Notes under the pieces: generated by a model
What the model saw: the letters and a program-made list of their open reading frames with translations, nothing else
Database searches by the model: none
What the model was told of the DNA's origin: nothing
Part shown: one piece after another, positions 26,482 to 38,870 of the stretch
Numbering within the stretch: the first letter of the stretch is position 1
How the letters are laid out: the number at the start of each line of letters is the position of its first letter
Source: Phoronis australis
Taxonomy: Eukaryota > Animalia > Phoronida
Assembly: GCA_002633005.1 (NCBI GenBank)
Contig: NMRA01000743.1
Span: 1-64,000 of the forward strand
Reading direction: 5' to 3'
Length of the DNA stretch: 64,000 bases
Made by a program: the position numbers and the translations under genes

Positions 26482-27813
26482 AGGAGAATGCCACCAAAAA
26501 ACAACGTATTTTGTATCAGCAAATTAGCTGTATACAGGTTTGCGCTGATGTGGGTAAAGCACTGACCAAGTAAGATCTTCATAAATTAGTGATGATATTG
26601 ACGACACTCTTCCTTGAGTAAACTAAATTATTTATTGGTGTTCGGGAAAAATTGTCGTTCTGCCGTTATTCTGCTGCTAAAATTGTGATACGTTCTTTTG
26701 GGTAGGCTTTCATTGGCCAGTTTCTTTTTTTCTCGATTCTTCAATCAGTTGTTCTTCTCTTCCACGAGTGCATACAATGGCACAACAAATTATCAGAACT
26801 GGTTTAATTTCTTTACAAGTGTTTAGTATTTTAATACCAGCAAACCGAATTTCAGAACATGTTTTGCCACTGCGAAGCTGTCTCCATCGTCCAAAAGATG
26901 TCACAAAATTTTAGGAAAAAGCGCATGCGTGTGTCTTGAGCACAACGGACTTCTTTGTTACAAAAGGCAAAGAATTATGCAAGAAAATGACGTTTATTAG
27001 ATTGTAATGGGCAAGGTGAGTGTTGGATTTTGCATGCACCTCCGCCGGTCGTAGCTCTACATCTTGATGTAAATGGTGACCAGCAGAACTACCTGGGGTA
27101 ATGGGAAATTTCTGAACACACAGTGCTACCAAACTACTATTTTGACTATAGTCTTTACACAGCTAGCTGACCTCATAACCCACAGTATCACACAAAGGCA
27201 TTGATAACTACATTTTGTCCGGTGGTCATGTTCAGTGTCTGGCGGTCTTGTTTTGTGGTGGGGCGGTCATGTTTTAAGGTGCGTCGGTCCCATTTTCTGG
27301 TGTGGCAGTCCCATTTGATCCCCATAGGTCCTGTTTTGTGGCGAGTCGGTCTGATTTGAAGGACCGGCGGTCATGTTTTGGGTCCGGCGGTCATGTTGTT
27401 TCTCACCCGTGTCCGAAGGCGTTACAAATTGCATCTACTGAGACACTCTTTGACAATTTGTTTCAGTTTTATATAAACATTGGTTTGGGTGAGAATAATT
27501 CATTTTGGAACAGGACAATTCTAGCCACGGACACGGAGATATTTCACGACCTAATATTTGGTATTACGTTGGACTTTTTGTTCTTTACTCGTGGGAACCA
27601 CTTCTGAAGCATTTCAGGTCTGGAGGAGATAAAAAAGCGATATATCCACTTTCCTCACAGCTTCATGGTTCACACAAGCAGGAGCAATACACCACACCAT
27701 AGCAGCACCTTTCGGAGAGCTGAGATCGACAGTATACGATGTGATGTCAGTGAATATAGACTGATTAAGACGGTTACAAATTTAAAATTAATCAAATCGG
27801 GTGGCATTCTCCT
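26482..27813. mobile_element. Non-autonomous Kolobok-type DNA transposon
   Basis: TTAA|AGGAGAATGCCACC ... GGTGGCATTCTCCT|TTAA: perfect 14-bp TIR. Contains a GGCGGTCATGTTTT mini-array (27220-27400) and a fragment matching 30790-31030 inverted. Confidence 0.9.
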
Positions 27814-29020
27814 TTAAAGTAACATGGCGATATTGTGTACTTGAGATCAGCTCCAAAATTGATTCAAACCCATGGGCAGCCTTAGTTTCAATTAATTCTA
27901 CTGAATGAGTAGAAGCTAACATTCGGGAATAGACAGTTTCTAATAAAAACATTAAAACATTAGGGACTTTTGTATTTCTTGCTCTGGTCAATGCTAATAA
28001 CTTTAACAAATCTTTCCTTTCTAACAATATTCAGAAAAATGTGTTTTTGACTCCAAAACTGATTTTGTCCCTTGAAGGCCTATTAGTCATCAAGAAATGT
28101 TATAATGAATATAGGCATTATTCATAATTGTTCAATAATAATTTTTTAGTGTCCAGGATTGCAGAAGACTTAACATAGCTGGAAACCTGTCGGGGTTTAT
28201 GCAGCTTCATAGCTGTCTAATATAAAGCTCGATGATCGACGAGCTGAACTCTTTTGAAGTCGTCAATGACTCACTTATAACACTGGGGATTTTGAGAACC
28301 AGTTTGATGCCTGTTATTCAGTGGAGAAAACTGGTTCTCAAAATACGGGAACCCTGTCAAGTGACTTAATAAAAAGTCCTTTTTGGTGGATTGATAAAGT
28401 GTCAGATGGGCACAATTTTTAGTCGTAAATTATAGTCTTGAGCAACAGGATTCTTAAACGCTTTGTTTTTACTTTAAAAGGACAATCATACTTTAATGGA
28501 AAAGAGCAATGAAAATTAATCTTTTAGATTTTCTTTTATTATTATGTCAAGTGAACAGAGGTAGTAGTGTATATTAGTTAGTCCTGTATAACTATAACAA
28601 TTATAACACCATATTCACCATGCCTTTATATACTGAACTGACATCTAGTGAATGTGTCAAGAAACATAATACGTTGAACTTAAAGTAGCTTCTTGCCATC
28701 ACACCTTCTCACTTGTTGATAAACATTTCATAAAGTAGTTCTTTGCTGGTCTGAAATGCATAAGCTTCAATGTAACGGACAATATTTGTAGCTAAACGAC
28801 GTCATAATCCTTACAGTATATACCGAGGAAAAACAATAAATTGTCACCAACCTAGGACACAATATGGTGGCCAAGTGAAATTTTATTTGAACTTCTTTCC
28901 ATTAAAGATAAGAACTGATAAAATTTAAAAGTTTCTCATTTTAGGTTGAGAGCATTTGCAACAATTTTGCATATCCATGAACAATCAACTTTGGCTAATA
29001 CTTTTGTTCGACGGCTGCAT

Positions 29021-30079
29021 TCAGGTGTTCGTCTGTGTTGTCGTTTTATAGCTTGAACCATGTTTTGTCCGTCTTCTAATCTGCAGCACCATAACCAGAA
29101 CCAGCTGGTTGAAGTGGCGACGGAACGTGGAGTTGATGATGTAGTAGAGGACAAAGTTCATGCTGCTGTTCAGTGTCTGCATAATCATGTTGACGTAGTT
29201 ATAGTTAGAGAGCATTTGATGGGACCATGGGGTATCTGGCAGGTGAATCAGAATGAGCCGTGTGAACTCTAGGGGTGCTACGAGTACCAGGAAAACTGTG
29301 CTGGTGGCGATAAGGGTGGCCGTTAGCTTGCTGTTCCGTAGCTGTGTTTGCGAGTTGTCGCTGTTCGAGCGTTGCACCCGACGCACGTGTGCCTGCAAGT
29401 TAGCTGACCGTTTGACCTGGCGGATGAGGAGCGCGTTGAGTATGCCCAGCAACAATGAAGGAATTATGTTGTGGAGGAACATGTTTAGGTACATGTTAAT
29501 CTTGACAAGGGTGCTGCTTATGTCCCATTTGATGCGCAGGTAGCCCGTATCCGGCTCCCTAACACTCTCACTGGCCAACAAGAGTGGAAGGGTGGTAAGG
29601 GCACTGAGTACAAAAATGGACACCAGACATACGATTGTCATCCTGACGTTTAGGTAATCTCGAACAAATATCTTCAGTGGAAAGCAAATGGCCAGGAATC
29701 GTGTTGTAACCATGACAACAGTAATCCATGTGCTCGAGATGAAGAATGTAGTTATGATAACATTACCATATCGTGCAAAGATGTAGGTTAAATTTGCCGA
29801 GGTGTATACGTTGTCGTAGGGTAATCTGGTAGCTATCAGCATAAAGGTGCAGTAAAGTAGGTCGGATACAGCCAGTGCTCTGAGGCAGTGTATGATGAGG
29901 TGGTCCTTGGAGGGGGTGCATAGTGTTTGTAAACACATAACTATCAAACTAAATATGTTTCCCACAATACCGAATATGGTGAGTATGGGGATGAGAGAGT
30001 CAATAGTGACATGGTGCAGCACGTCATGGTAGGTGTAGTTGCCGGGGTATTCCTGATCCATCTGCAAAAGAGGTGGCAT
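29021..30079 (-). CDS. Rhodopsin-family (class A) GPCR, FMRFamide/sex-peptide-receptor-like group, single coding exon
   Basis: 352-aa ORF with seven hydrophobic segments: GIVGN (TM1), LAVSD (TM2), TRFLAICFPL (DRY-equivalent), TFLVLVAP (TM6), NSSMNFVLY (NPxxY-equivalent). A splice-acceptor-like CTTTTGCAG just before the second Met suggests the real start is 30061. Confidence 0.95.
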   Translation of the reverse strand: MPPLLQMDQEYPGNYTYHDVLHHVTIDSLIPILTIFGIVGNIFSLIVMCLQTLCTPSKDHLIIHCLRALAVSDLLYCTFMLIATRLPYDNVYTSANLTYIFARYGNVIITTFFISSTWITVVMVTTRFLAICFPLKIFVRDYLNVRMTIVCLVSIFVLSALTTLPLLLASESVREPDTGYLRIKWDISSTLVKINMYLNMFLHNIIPSLLLGILNALLIRQVKRSANLQAHVRRVQRSNSDNSQTQLRNSKLTATLIATSTVFLVLVAPLEFTRLILIHLPDTPWSHQMLSNYNYVNMIMQTLNSSMNFVLYYIINSTFRRHFNQLVLVMVLQIRRRTKHGSSYKTTTQTNT

Positions 30080-30789
30080 TACAATATCTTACATGTGGAG
30101 TTATTTCCAACACAGGTGACCAGTAGTGTCGCTACATCCAAGTAAGAGATCATGCTATAAACATTCCCACTAAATAAGATTGGCCCCAACCCCGCCTTAT
30201 CAGGGTAAACGGTGGGGTTTGGCAGATTGAACTAGACCGTATTTATCCAACTTGGCTGAGTCGCGCTCGGCTCACGGTCAAAGGGATGCCGCCAAGCTGC
30301 TCTATTCATCGAGTCACGAACGAGGATAATTGGCTTCGCTCATGCGGATGTGATCAGCTGATTACAATCTAGCCTAGCAGACTGTACTTTTTTATGGAGA
30401 GAGTTTTACGTAGTTTTTAATGTAATATTTGAAAAGAGGAGCGAAAACAAATATGAGTACAACTTTGAATTTTTCAAATCGGCCCAGGATATTTTGCAAC
30501 ACAGCAACACTCATGATTACTTTCATTCGGCGAGCACGAATACAAAAATATAGGGCCCAAGTTATTCAGATTTTGGAACACATGCATTGCAATATTCAAA
30601 ATAAGTTTGTTATGAATCTTACAAGCTGTAAATCGACGTTGTTTAATTTCATTGTGCTCATTCATTGTCCTCCGTCAAATCGGAAATTTCCGAGATGTGA
30701 TTTGCGGTGTGCGCGAATTTGGATTTTGATGCAGCAAGCTGGCTGACCACGGCGTCAGTGTCTCCGTTAGACCCAGAAATTTCACACAA

Positions 30790-31551
30790 CCCGGGTAGTT
30801 CACCTTGTCACCTCGTCCCCAACATATAGATCGAGCCTTGGACTGTTAATGTTTTACTCCACGGTAGAGCTAACGACCGTCGGCCTATGCACATACAATC
30901 TGTGAGTTAAACGGCACTCACCTTGCACGTTGCAGACGTTTAAAAAATGAAAAACAATCTAGTTAACGCCATTTTCTTGTATAATCCTTCGCCTTTTGTA
31001 ACAAAAAAGTCTGTCGTCGATGACCCGCACACGCACTCACTCTCATACGCAGACGATCTTCAAACCAAACTTCACATGACAACAACGTGTGTTCATCCAG
31101 AGATTTTTCTTGTGTTGTGGGGTATGATGTAGCGCAGATTTGGACTTAATCGCAATTAATCTGGACTCCTCATGAACTTTAAAAATTGTAAAACATAAGG
31201 AAGATTTCAGGTAATTTGTTGAGTCGAAACTATGTTTTTATTCAAGAATTCATGTCTTCCTACTGACGATCGCGATTTAGCGACGTATCAGTCGGCAAGT
31301 TTTCGCCCTGGGTTTTCAGCACAATTTTTTGATAAATGATAGTAATTTAACTACGAAGTTTGATAGCAATGCACCCCAATTTTGTAGAAAGACTGTCATA
31401 GGCTACAAATACGTCACAGAGCGTAGATTTGATGAATCCTAGCTTCCGATTTTACCCGTTTTGGAAGCCTGGTGTCAACTGCCTTAGGCTACAATAAGAA
31501 TCCCCTCCCGGTGAAATGAAATTTTCTAAGCGTTTATTAGAGCCAATACAG
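30790..31551 (-). mobile_element. Right-end fragment of the HIRAN-element family (copy D, no HIRAN region)
   Basis: 31030-31551 is colinear with 15960-16492 and 32850-33260. Ends TTATTAGAGCCAATACAG|TA. Confidence 0.7.
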
Positions 31552-31901
31552 TATGCAACTTTCCACCAAGGCTAGGTGATGCCATGACATTATTCTTTGT
31601 TGCATTAGTTAACTGGTCTTGGCTAATTATCATTTTATGGCCTGGTCATCCATTCAGCCAAAAGTAGTTCCATAGGTGGCTTATCAGCCACTTATTCACG
31701 CATGCTAACTCACAATAGAAGCCTGATAAGAGTGAAGGTGGATAAATGTGGTGTTCCTACAGTTTCTTGTGGTAGTGGATGTGTTCACAACATGTAGTTC
31801 ACAATTACTGCCATTACTGGGCCCTACAAACCTTATGCTTAAGGGAAAGAGGGGGAAGGGCTTTCTAATAGCTTACGCATTTGATATCATAAAAATGTCT
31901 A

Positions 31902-33268
31902 GCGTATTCACCCTAATTAGCACCCATTCCCCTATAACCGCTGCCCACGCGTTTTCAGACTTCACTAAACTAAGCATCCAGTCCATGAACGTGTACATGT
32001 AAAAAATGCCTTACCTATAATTCTAAAATTCTACAGTATCGTCTTCAATTTATCAATAAGATCCGACAGTGCTGAAAAATTATGGTGCGCGGAATTTGTA
32101 GACCACGAGCCTTGTCGCTATGTCGGTATTTAGCTGTGACTATACACTTTAAACTTCTGTCGTGCTTCAAAAAGAACTCAAAACTTTTGCTGATCTTGGG
32201 AGGGGCGTGTCCCATTATGGTCTGGCCTTTCAGAACAGACGCAGTGCACTTGTCAAAGGAATTGTCTTTTATTGTATCTTTCTCGCACAGATCTTCTCTT
32301 TCAACTGGAATCCAAATTTCTTTGTACACATGAAAACCACAAATCGAAGACTAATAAAAACTTGACCAGTGTTAAAAGTACGTGTCCAGGAAGCGCGTGC
32401 TACATACATGTACCGGTCATCGAAAACATTAGTCTTCGGGAACCATCCATTCATGAAACTGGTTGCATAGCATCGGCAAGAAGTAAATACTGGCACTAAT
32501 TTCTGAAAGATTCTAATACCATAAACATTTGGGTTATTTTTAGGAGGAATTATTTAATTAATCGTAATTGGTGGTTTTAAAGTCAAAATAACCCACTGAT
32601 AGTCAACACTTCTGCACCCTTACACCCCCCGAACCTCCCGGAAAATAACCGTTAGACTGACACACCTTCAGTCACCCGGCGACCCACCAAAACAATTCTC
32701 AAACGTTTTTTAGTAGATGAGATCAACAAGTGCTGAATAAAACAGTCATGTTCTGCTTTACTGCTTGTGTTAATTTCTTTAGTTACAATGCACATCTAGA
32801 CCGTTACGTTGTTTTTATTCTGGCAAATGAACTTTGACGACATGCACGCGCTCGCTCACTCACACACACGCTGACGAACTTCAAAACAAATGTCATGCGA
32901 CAGAGATTTTCTCGTGTTGTTGGGTATGATCTGGCACAGATTTGGACTTAGTAGAGTTAATTTCCGACTCCACAGGAACTTAAAAATCTTAGGGACGCTA
33001 TTTTGAAAACTTAAGGAGGACTTTAGGTATTTTGTTGAGTTGAAACTGTATTTTTATTCAAGAATTCAAGTTGCGCTATCGACGATCGCGAGGCAGCGAC
33101 ACATGAGTCGGCGAGTTTTCGCCCTGGTTTTTCAGCACAATTTTCTGAAAAATGATCGTAATTTAATAACGAAGTTTGATAGCAATGCACCACAATTTTG
33201 TAGAAAGTCTGACAGAGGTTACACATACATCACAGAGCGTAAATTTGATGAATACTGGCTTAATACGG
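31902..33268 (-). mobile_element. HIRAN-like-ORF-carrying TA/CCGTA DNA element, copy B (both ends present)
   Basis: TA|GCGTATTCACCCTAATTAGCACC ... TAATACGG|TA, with an internal minus-strand HIRAN-like frame. Confidence 0.8.
32045..32350 (-). pseudogene. HIRAN-like domain ORF inside the transposon
   Basis: SSICGFHVYKEIWIPVEREDLCEK...DNSFDKCTASVLKGQTIMGHAPPKISKSFEFFLKHDRSLKCIVTAKYRHSDKARGLQIP fits the HIRAN pattern G(F/Y)HVY...L..E..N..D..A..V......GH.P. Confidence 0.75.
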
Positions 33269-33369
33269 TATGTCAAATACCAAAAAATCAACATTCAATA
33301 ATTCCTTAAGGTTTGTAAAAACAAAACTAAATGACCTATAGCAGATGTGTTCTTAGGAAGCTGACAATG

Positions 33370-35584
33370 AATGACAACGGGTTTCAGACTGATCCGACTA
33401 CCACTGTGCCTCAAAGTAGTAATTTTAATTTTTACATTTGCCTCACTTCTGAATTCCGTGATCGATTTCCTTGAAATTTGGCAAATAAGTTTCTGTTATG
33501 GAGACGATGACCCGTTCCCATTTTCTTATTTGACATATATTCCATGGTACCCAGTTCCCATTTTTATGCGCCCAACATATTTCTGTGTGGGTGAATATTG
33601 CCGTTATCTCTGTCTGGGTATCGAGGCGTCCTGCGTCCACGGCTGTATCTCCTAAACCCCTTGCAGGATCACAATTAGCATTTGACAGATGAATTCCTAT
33701 GATGCTGACGACAGACTTTGGGACAAGTTTTGGACCGATTCGACTACCGCTCTGCCCCGCTAGTGGCAATTTTGGTTTTTTACATTTGCCTCTGTATCTT
33801 TGGAGTTCCTTGATAGGTTTGCATGAAATTTAGCAAATAAGTTTCTATTAAAGAGATGATGAGGCCTTCTCATTTTTGGGTGGATTTGACATATTCTTCG
33901 CCATCTGGTGGCAATTAAAAAATTGAGTGGTTTGGACATCTGCCCTCCTAAACGCCAAACCGCTCGAAGGTTCTTTGTGAAAAATGGCAGAATATGTTCT
34001 GATAAAAAGACTATGGCTGACGCTGATTTTTGGACAGGCTCCGAACTACCTATTGGCAATTTTTGTTTTTTGCATCCACGGCTGTATCTTTTTAATTCTT
34101 TGGAGAGTCTTTGTGACATTTTGCAGATATGTTCCAATGGAAATGATAACGGATGATGATGAGTTTCAGAATAATCCGACTGCAGTTTTCCTTAAGTGAC
34201 AGTTTTTTTTATCATTTTCCTCTATATCTTGCAAGTTCCTTGATGGATTTTCATGAAGTTAAGCATATAGGATTTTTCTTAAAGAAACGATGATGCCTTC
34301 CTGTTTTCGGATGAATTAGACGTATTCTACGCCATTATTCTTTTAGTACGTTTTTGACGACCCCAGGTGTAAATGTAGATGCGAAGCCCACTAATAAAGG
34401 CAAACCATTCATTTCTGGTTTACTGGATGAATCTGGAAATTTCGTTATATAATGAACTTAGCAAGAAATATAACTTCATGCCCATGTTCGCTGTTTTTAT
34501 GGTCTAAAAATTGTATCAAAGCAGTAGAGGAGTTGTAAGTTCTCCATACCAATCAACCCTTGTGCTCTTTTTTATCACCACCGAGGAACTCGCACAGTCC
34601 AGTCGTGGTTTTGCAGCAGGCCTATGTGAACGAACGCGACTGCAGCACGTGGAGTACTCGTACATGGCGGCGAATGGCTGCGTGTAAAATGCTGTTGTTT
34701 GACTCTAGGAACCAGTAGGTTTGACTCGAATTTCGGAATATTCAACGTTTCCATTGTTTTTTCGATATCTTTAGCCACCGAATATTGAGCACGCATTACC
34801 TAGTAGGCGTAAACGGTTAACGCAGGCTGCGGATGATTACCCCTGCTGATTGATCGATGCCACAACTCGGTAAGACAAAGANCATTTCTGGTTTACTGGA
34901 TGAATCTGGAAATTTCGTTATATAATGAACTTAGCAAGAAATATAACTTCATGCCCATGTTCGCTGTTTTTATGGTCTAAAAATTGTATCAAAGCAGTAG
35001 AGGAGTTGTAAGTTCTCCATACCAATCAACCCTTGTGCTCTTTTTTATCACCACCGAGGAACTCGCACAGTCCAGTCGTGATTTTGCAGCAGGCCTATGT
35101 GAACGAACGCGACTGCAGCACGTGGAGTACTCGTACATGGCGGCGAATGGCTGCGTGTAAAATGCTGTTGTTTGACTCTAGGAACCAGTAGGTTTGACTC
35201 GAATTTCGGAATATTATTCAACGTTTCCATTGTTTTTTCGATATCTTTAGCCACCGAATATTGAGCACGCATTACCTAGTAGGCGTAAACGGTTAACGCA
35301 GGCTGCGGATGATTACCCCTGCTGATTGATCGATGCCACAACTCGGTAAGACAAAGAAAAAAAATATGCCGGGCTTTTGCGGCCACAGAACCCGGCACTT
35401 TTCTGTCACAGGAACGAAGAGAAGGAGGCGTCGGGTAGGGGCGGGGGTCTGCGCAGCCACTTTCGACTTGTTTTTGTCTGACGAACTCGAAGCTAACATC
35501 TGGGCCTAATGTTAGCATTTTAATAAATAGGTTATAAGCACACCATTTGCGTTGCAGTCACGTGCGCATTTCAATGCTCTTGTT
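33370..35584 (+). mobile_element. Diverged HINE-family copy interrupted by a CCCAG-ended element
   Basis: Same repeat subunits as 5524-7247 (CTGTATCTCCTAAACC, GCCCCGCTAGTGGC). Family 3' end GCGCATTTCAATGCTCTTGTT at 35584. Confidence 0.7.
34362..35504. mobile_element. Non-autonomous element with CCCAG termini (CMC/EnSpm-like?), containing a ~473-bp duplication across N34882
   Basis: CCCAGGTGT... / ...ACATCTGGG ends. 34410-34881 is repeated at 34883-35357. TSD unclear. Confidence 0.5.
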
Positions 35585-36577
35585 AAAATTTCTGAGTACA
35601 GTTTTTTGGTATTGGCTTCTCTATCCACCAAAGATCTCTATAACAACTGCATGTGTTACTACTCACAAGAGCGTGACTGAAATAAAGTTATTTAACTTTC
35701 AATGAATAATTACCTCTAAAGGTTTTCAGATATTGCAAAATGGTGTGATTAATCCTAAGCAGCCAGTGCTGGGCACTTTACAACTGTTGTGACACATTGT
35801 CATGGTAAATACTGAATCAGTGTCTTACCTTAACCTTTATTTATCTTTGTGTGTCCAGTCCTCAGTTTCAAGTGCAGAATTTTGTTGTCTAAGTTTGTGC
35901 TTATAGCAATCTCTGATTTGTCATTGGCAAGCGGCCGTCAGGGGTTGTATCAGAAGTGTTTTTGTTTCTTTTACAATAGGGTGTGTTTTGTCTGGTTCAT
36001 ATTATTTGTACATTTTGACAACATGCCTTTACTTTTCATTTTTCAATTAATTGAAAACAGTATCTAGTCAAAACTTTTTAAAAAGGTTGGACTAACTAGT
36101 CATCCGATTAAAAACAAAACCGTATTTCATCCATCAACTTCCCACACTTCACAGGAACGGCATAGTCACCAGTAAAATATCTAAAGTTGACTTTAAAGGA
36201 GTAGCATGATGATATGAAAAGTACGTGATTGAAAAACCTCAAACCGATCCTATTGCTCACTAGCAACATATTCTATAGATAGGCAACCTAGTGGATTCAC
36301 GACATTATGAACAGAGCTTGGATTGGTCAATTGCTGTCTATGGTGGCTATGACTGCTGTCACTTTGTAACAATCCAGGATTGTCTTCTGCTTCGTCTATG
36401 TCAGACAGCGGTATTAGCGTACCGAGGTGGTGATAAAATCTGGGAGTTGGTGGGATGTGCTTTTATTGCCAGCGCGCGTACTATGTATATGTTTATAAGG
36501 CACGGGCAAATCCGAGTCTGTGTTTTTAAATATGTCAAAAACCTGCCTTCTATGAAAAAACATGTATATAGTAAAAC

Positions 36578-36836
36578 GACGAGCGTTGGTACCAAAATTT
36601 CTTAAAATATACCCCATGTTTCGAGCGGTATGCTCTTTATCAAGGGTATGACTGATGAATAGATAGTTGTCGTGATCCATTTTGTTCCTATTCGTATGGT
36701 GATACACAATAGGCAATAGGAACAATGTGGGTCACGACTACTACATATTCGATAGTCTGTGTCATGCCTGTGATAAAGAGCGTACCGCTAGAAACGTGGG
36801 GTATATTTTAATATATTTTAGTACTGACGCTCATCA
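36578..36836. mobile_element. Small inverted Penelope-like terminal-repeat pair with hammerhead-like motifs
   Basis: 36578-36652 is the inverted repeat of 36762-36836. Consensus CCC-TTGATAAA-GAGCG(tac)CGCTC-GAAA-CGT-GGG. Confidence 0.65.
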
Positions 36837-37264
36837 TCAGTAACTGCATGGCATTCCAACACTTGTTTCTTTTATTTATGAAAGAACAGCAAATACTTTA
36901 ATTACGCCACTTACCATAATGAAATTATTCCATCCTTTACTCAGCTTTAAGAAAGGATTTTAGTCTTGAGAAGAGTTGCAGATTGTTATTACTTTGAGAC
37001 TGTGCTCACTCATTTTGCCCATCCTGGTATACAGTTTCAACTGACAATAATGGTCTAGATGACACAGGAATTCCAGGTGTTTTGTTTTACTCTGTTCAAT
37101 TCAACCATAGGATAAGAAGATATTGTCACTGTTTTTGTTTGGCTTTAAATTTTTTGAAATAGAAGCCAGACACCATTTTACAAGTTTTCACAAAGTTATC
37201 AACATTTTCTAAAAACACCTTGAGATAAGTCAGGTTGTCAATGTTTCAGATTTTGCTGAGAATT

Positions 37265-38870
37265 TTCCTTTATTTTTTATTTATTTATTTATTGTAATAT
37301 TTAAAATGAGGGTGTGATACTTAAAATGACGGTGGCCTCCTAAGTGTCAGCACTGCTTTCCAAGACGGCCCTTGGCAACAGGAAATAATACAGTACAATA
37401 TAACAAAATAAAGTAATCAAAAAATAAATTAAATACAGGCAACAAAGAAACCATTTAAACAATTTGAGAATTTAGATAATGAATAAATAAATGCCGAATT
37501 ATGATAAACTTTGACTAAGAGATATGAAATTTAACGGAGATGATAGTTAAAAGTGAGAGTATTTAAAGTAATGGAATATGACATAATTACTGCCACTTTT
37601 TATTATCAAAATTTGAAAGCAGTAATTGAATCGGACCGTTGACTTTTTGGGCTAAGTCAGAGTTTCATATTGTAGCAGCATTATGAATGAAATGTTACTG
37701 CAGCTGAAGAAGGTGTAGAGTATCCAGCGTGACTGCTACTGAATTAGCTGTTGATATATGTTGGAGTCAAGCTATTGACACATCTGTATATGCAGCAGGC
37801 AGAGAGATAGTTATTTCTTTGTTTTACTTAAATTCATAAATCCAAGCCTGGAATACAAGTTGTCGGCCTGGGTGTCCCTATTTCTAGCACCTAGGATAAC
37901 CCTGGCAGCTCTATTTTGGATTACCTGGACTTTGCTTACAAGTGTGTTGCTGGTATGTCCCCAAACTGCAAACAATAATCAATATGGGACTGAATGGTAA
38001 AGTGTCTTAAGTGTGCTGACATTAAGAAATTTACCTAGGTGTTGTAAGCCAATTTGCTTTGTCATTTTCTTTTTGATGTGATCCCAACAGCATAGACTTG
38101 GTTTTACTAATGTTGAGAATGAGTTTATTTTGACCCAGGCCGTCATGGATAAGGACTAGCTCATCAGTGAGAGAAGTTTCAAGTTCTTTTATTGATCCAG
38201 CTGTGGACATAATTGCAGTGTCATCAGCATACATAAACTGGGACACTGTAAATATGGAGGATGGTAGGGAGATAGTGAATAGTAGAGGGACCAGGATGGA
38301 ACCCTGAGGTACACCTGTGATAATGGTTGAGTAGTTCGAAAGAATACCACCTTATTTGGTAGCTTGTTTGTAGTCGTACATATAGTTTTTAAACCAAAGG
38401 AGTTAGTAATCGTTAACTCCATAGGATTCTAAGGATACAAATGGTCCACAGTGTCAAAGGCTTTCTGAAGGCCAACAAAAACAGCACCTGTAGCACCTGT
38501 AAGCCTCCCCTGATCCATATTATTAAAGGTTATGTCAGTAGCATGAATGTTTGTAGTCAGAGTAGAATGCAGGGGGTGGAAACCAGACTGTGATGTGCAT
38601 AGAAGGGAATTTCCCTCAAGGAACTTGTGAAGCTACTTTTGAACACATTTTTCATGAATTTTGAAAATTGCAGGAGGTCCGATTTTGGTTCGTAATTCTC
38701 ACAAGCAGACTTGTCACCATCTTTAAAAACAGGGGTAACGACTTCCATCTTCCATTCATTACGAATTGTCACCATTTTTAAAATCAAATTTGTAATACTG
38801 GTATTTACGGGCTCAGCTATTAGCCAGTTTTTGTTGTTTGTCATCAATGCTATCGATGCCAATGGCACTA
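37265..38870 (-). mobile_element. Decayed CR1/L2-group LINE reverse-transcriptase fragment
   Basis: Minus-strand remnants WKMEVVTPVFKDGDK, FVGLQKAFDTVDH, GVPQGSILVPLLF, MYADDT and NKLILNISKTKSML across frameshifts. (AAAT)n-type tail at ~37270-37295. Confidence 0.9.

Noticed and set aside
29060-29543. Plus-strand and alternate-frame ORFs over the GPCR
   Set aside because: Shadow frames of a real coding exon.
34410-35357. ~473-bp tandem duplication and twin 73/74-aa ORFs
   Set aside because: Also centred on a single N (34882) with only allele-level differences, so a likely assembly artefact.
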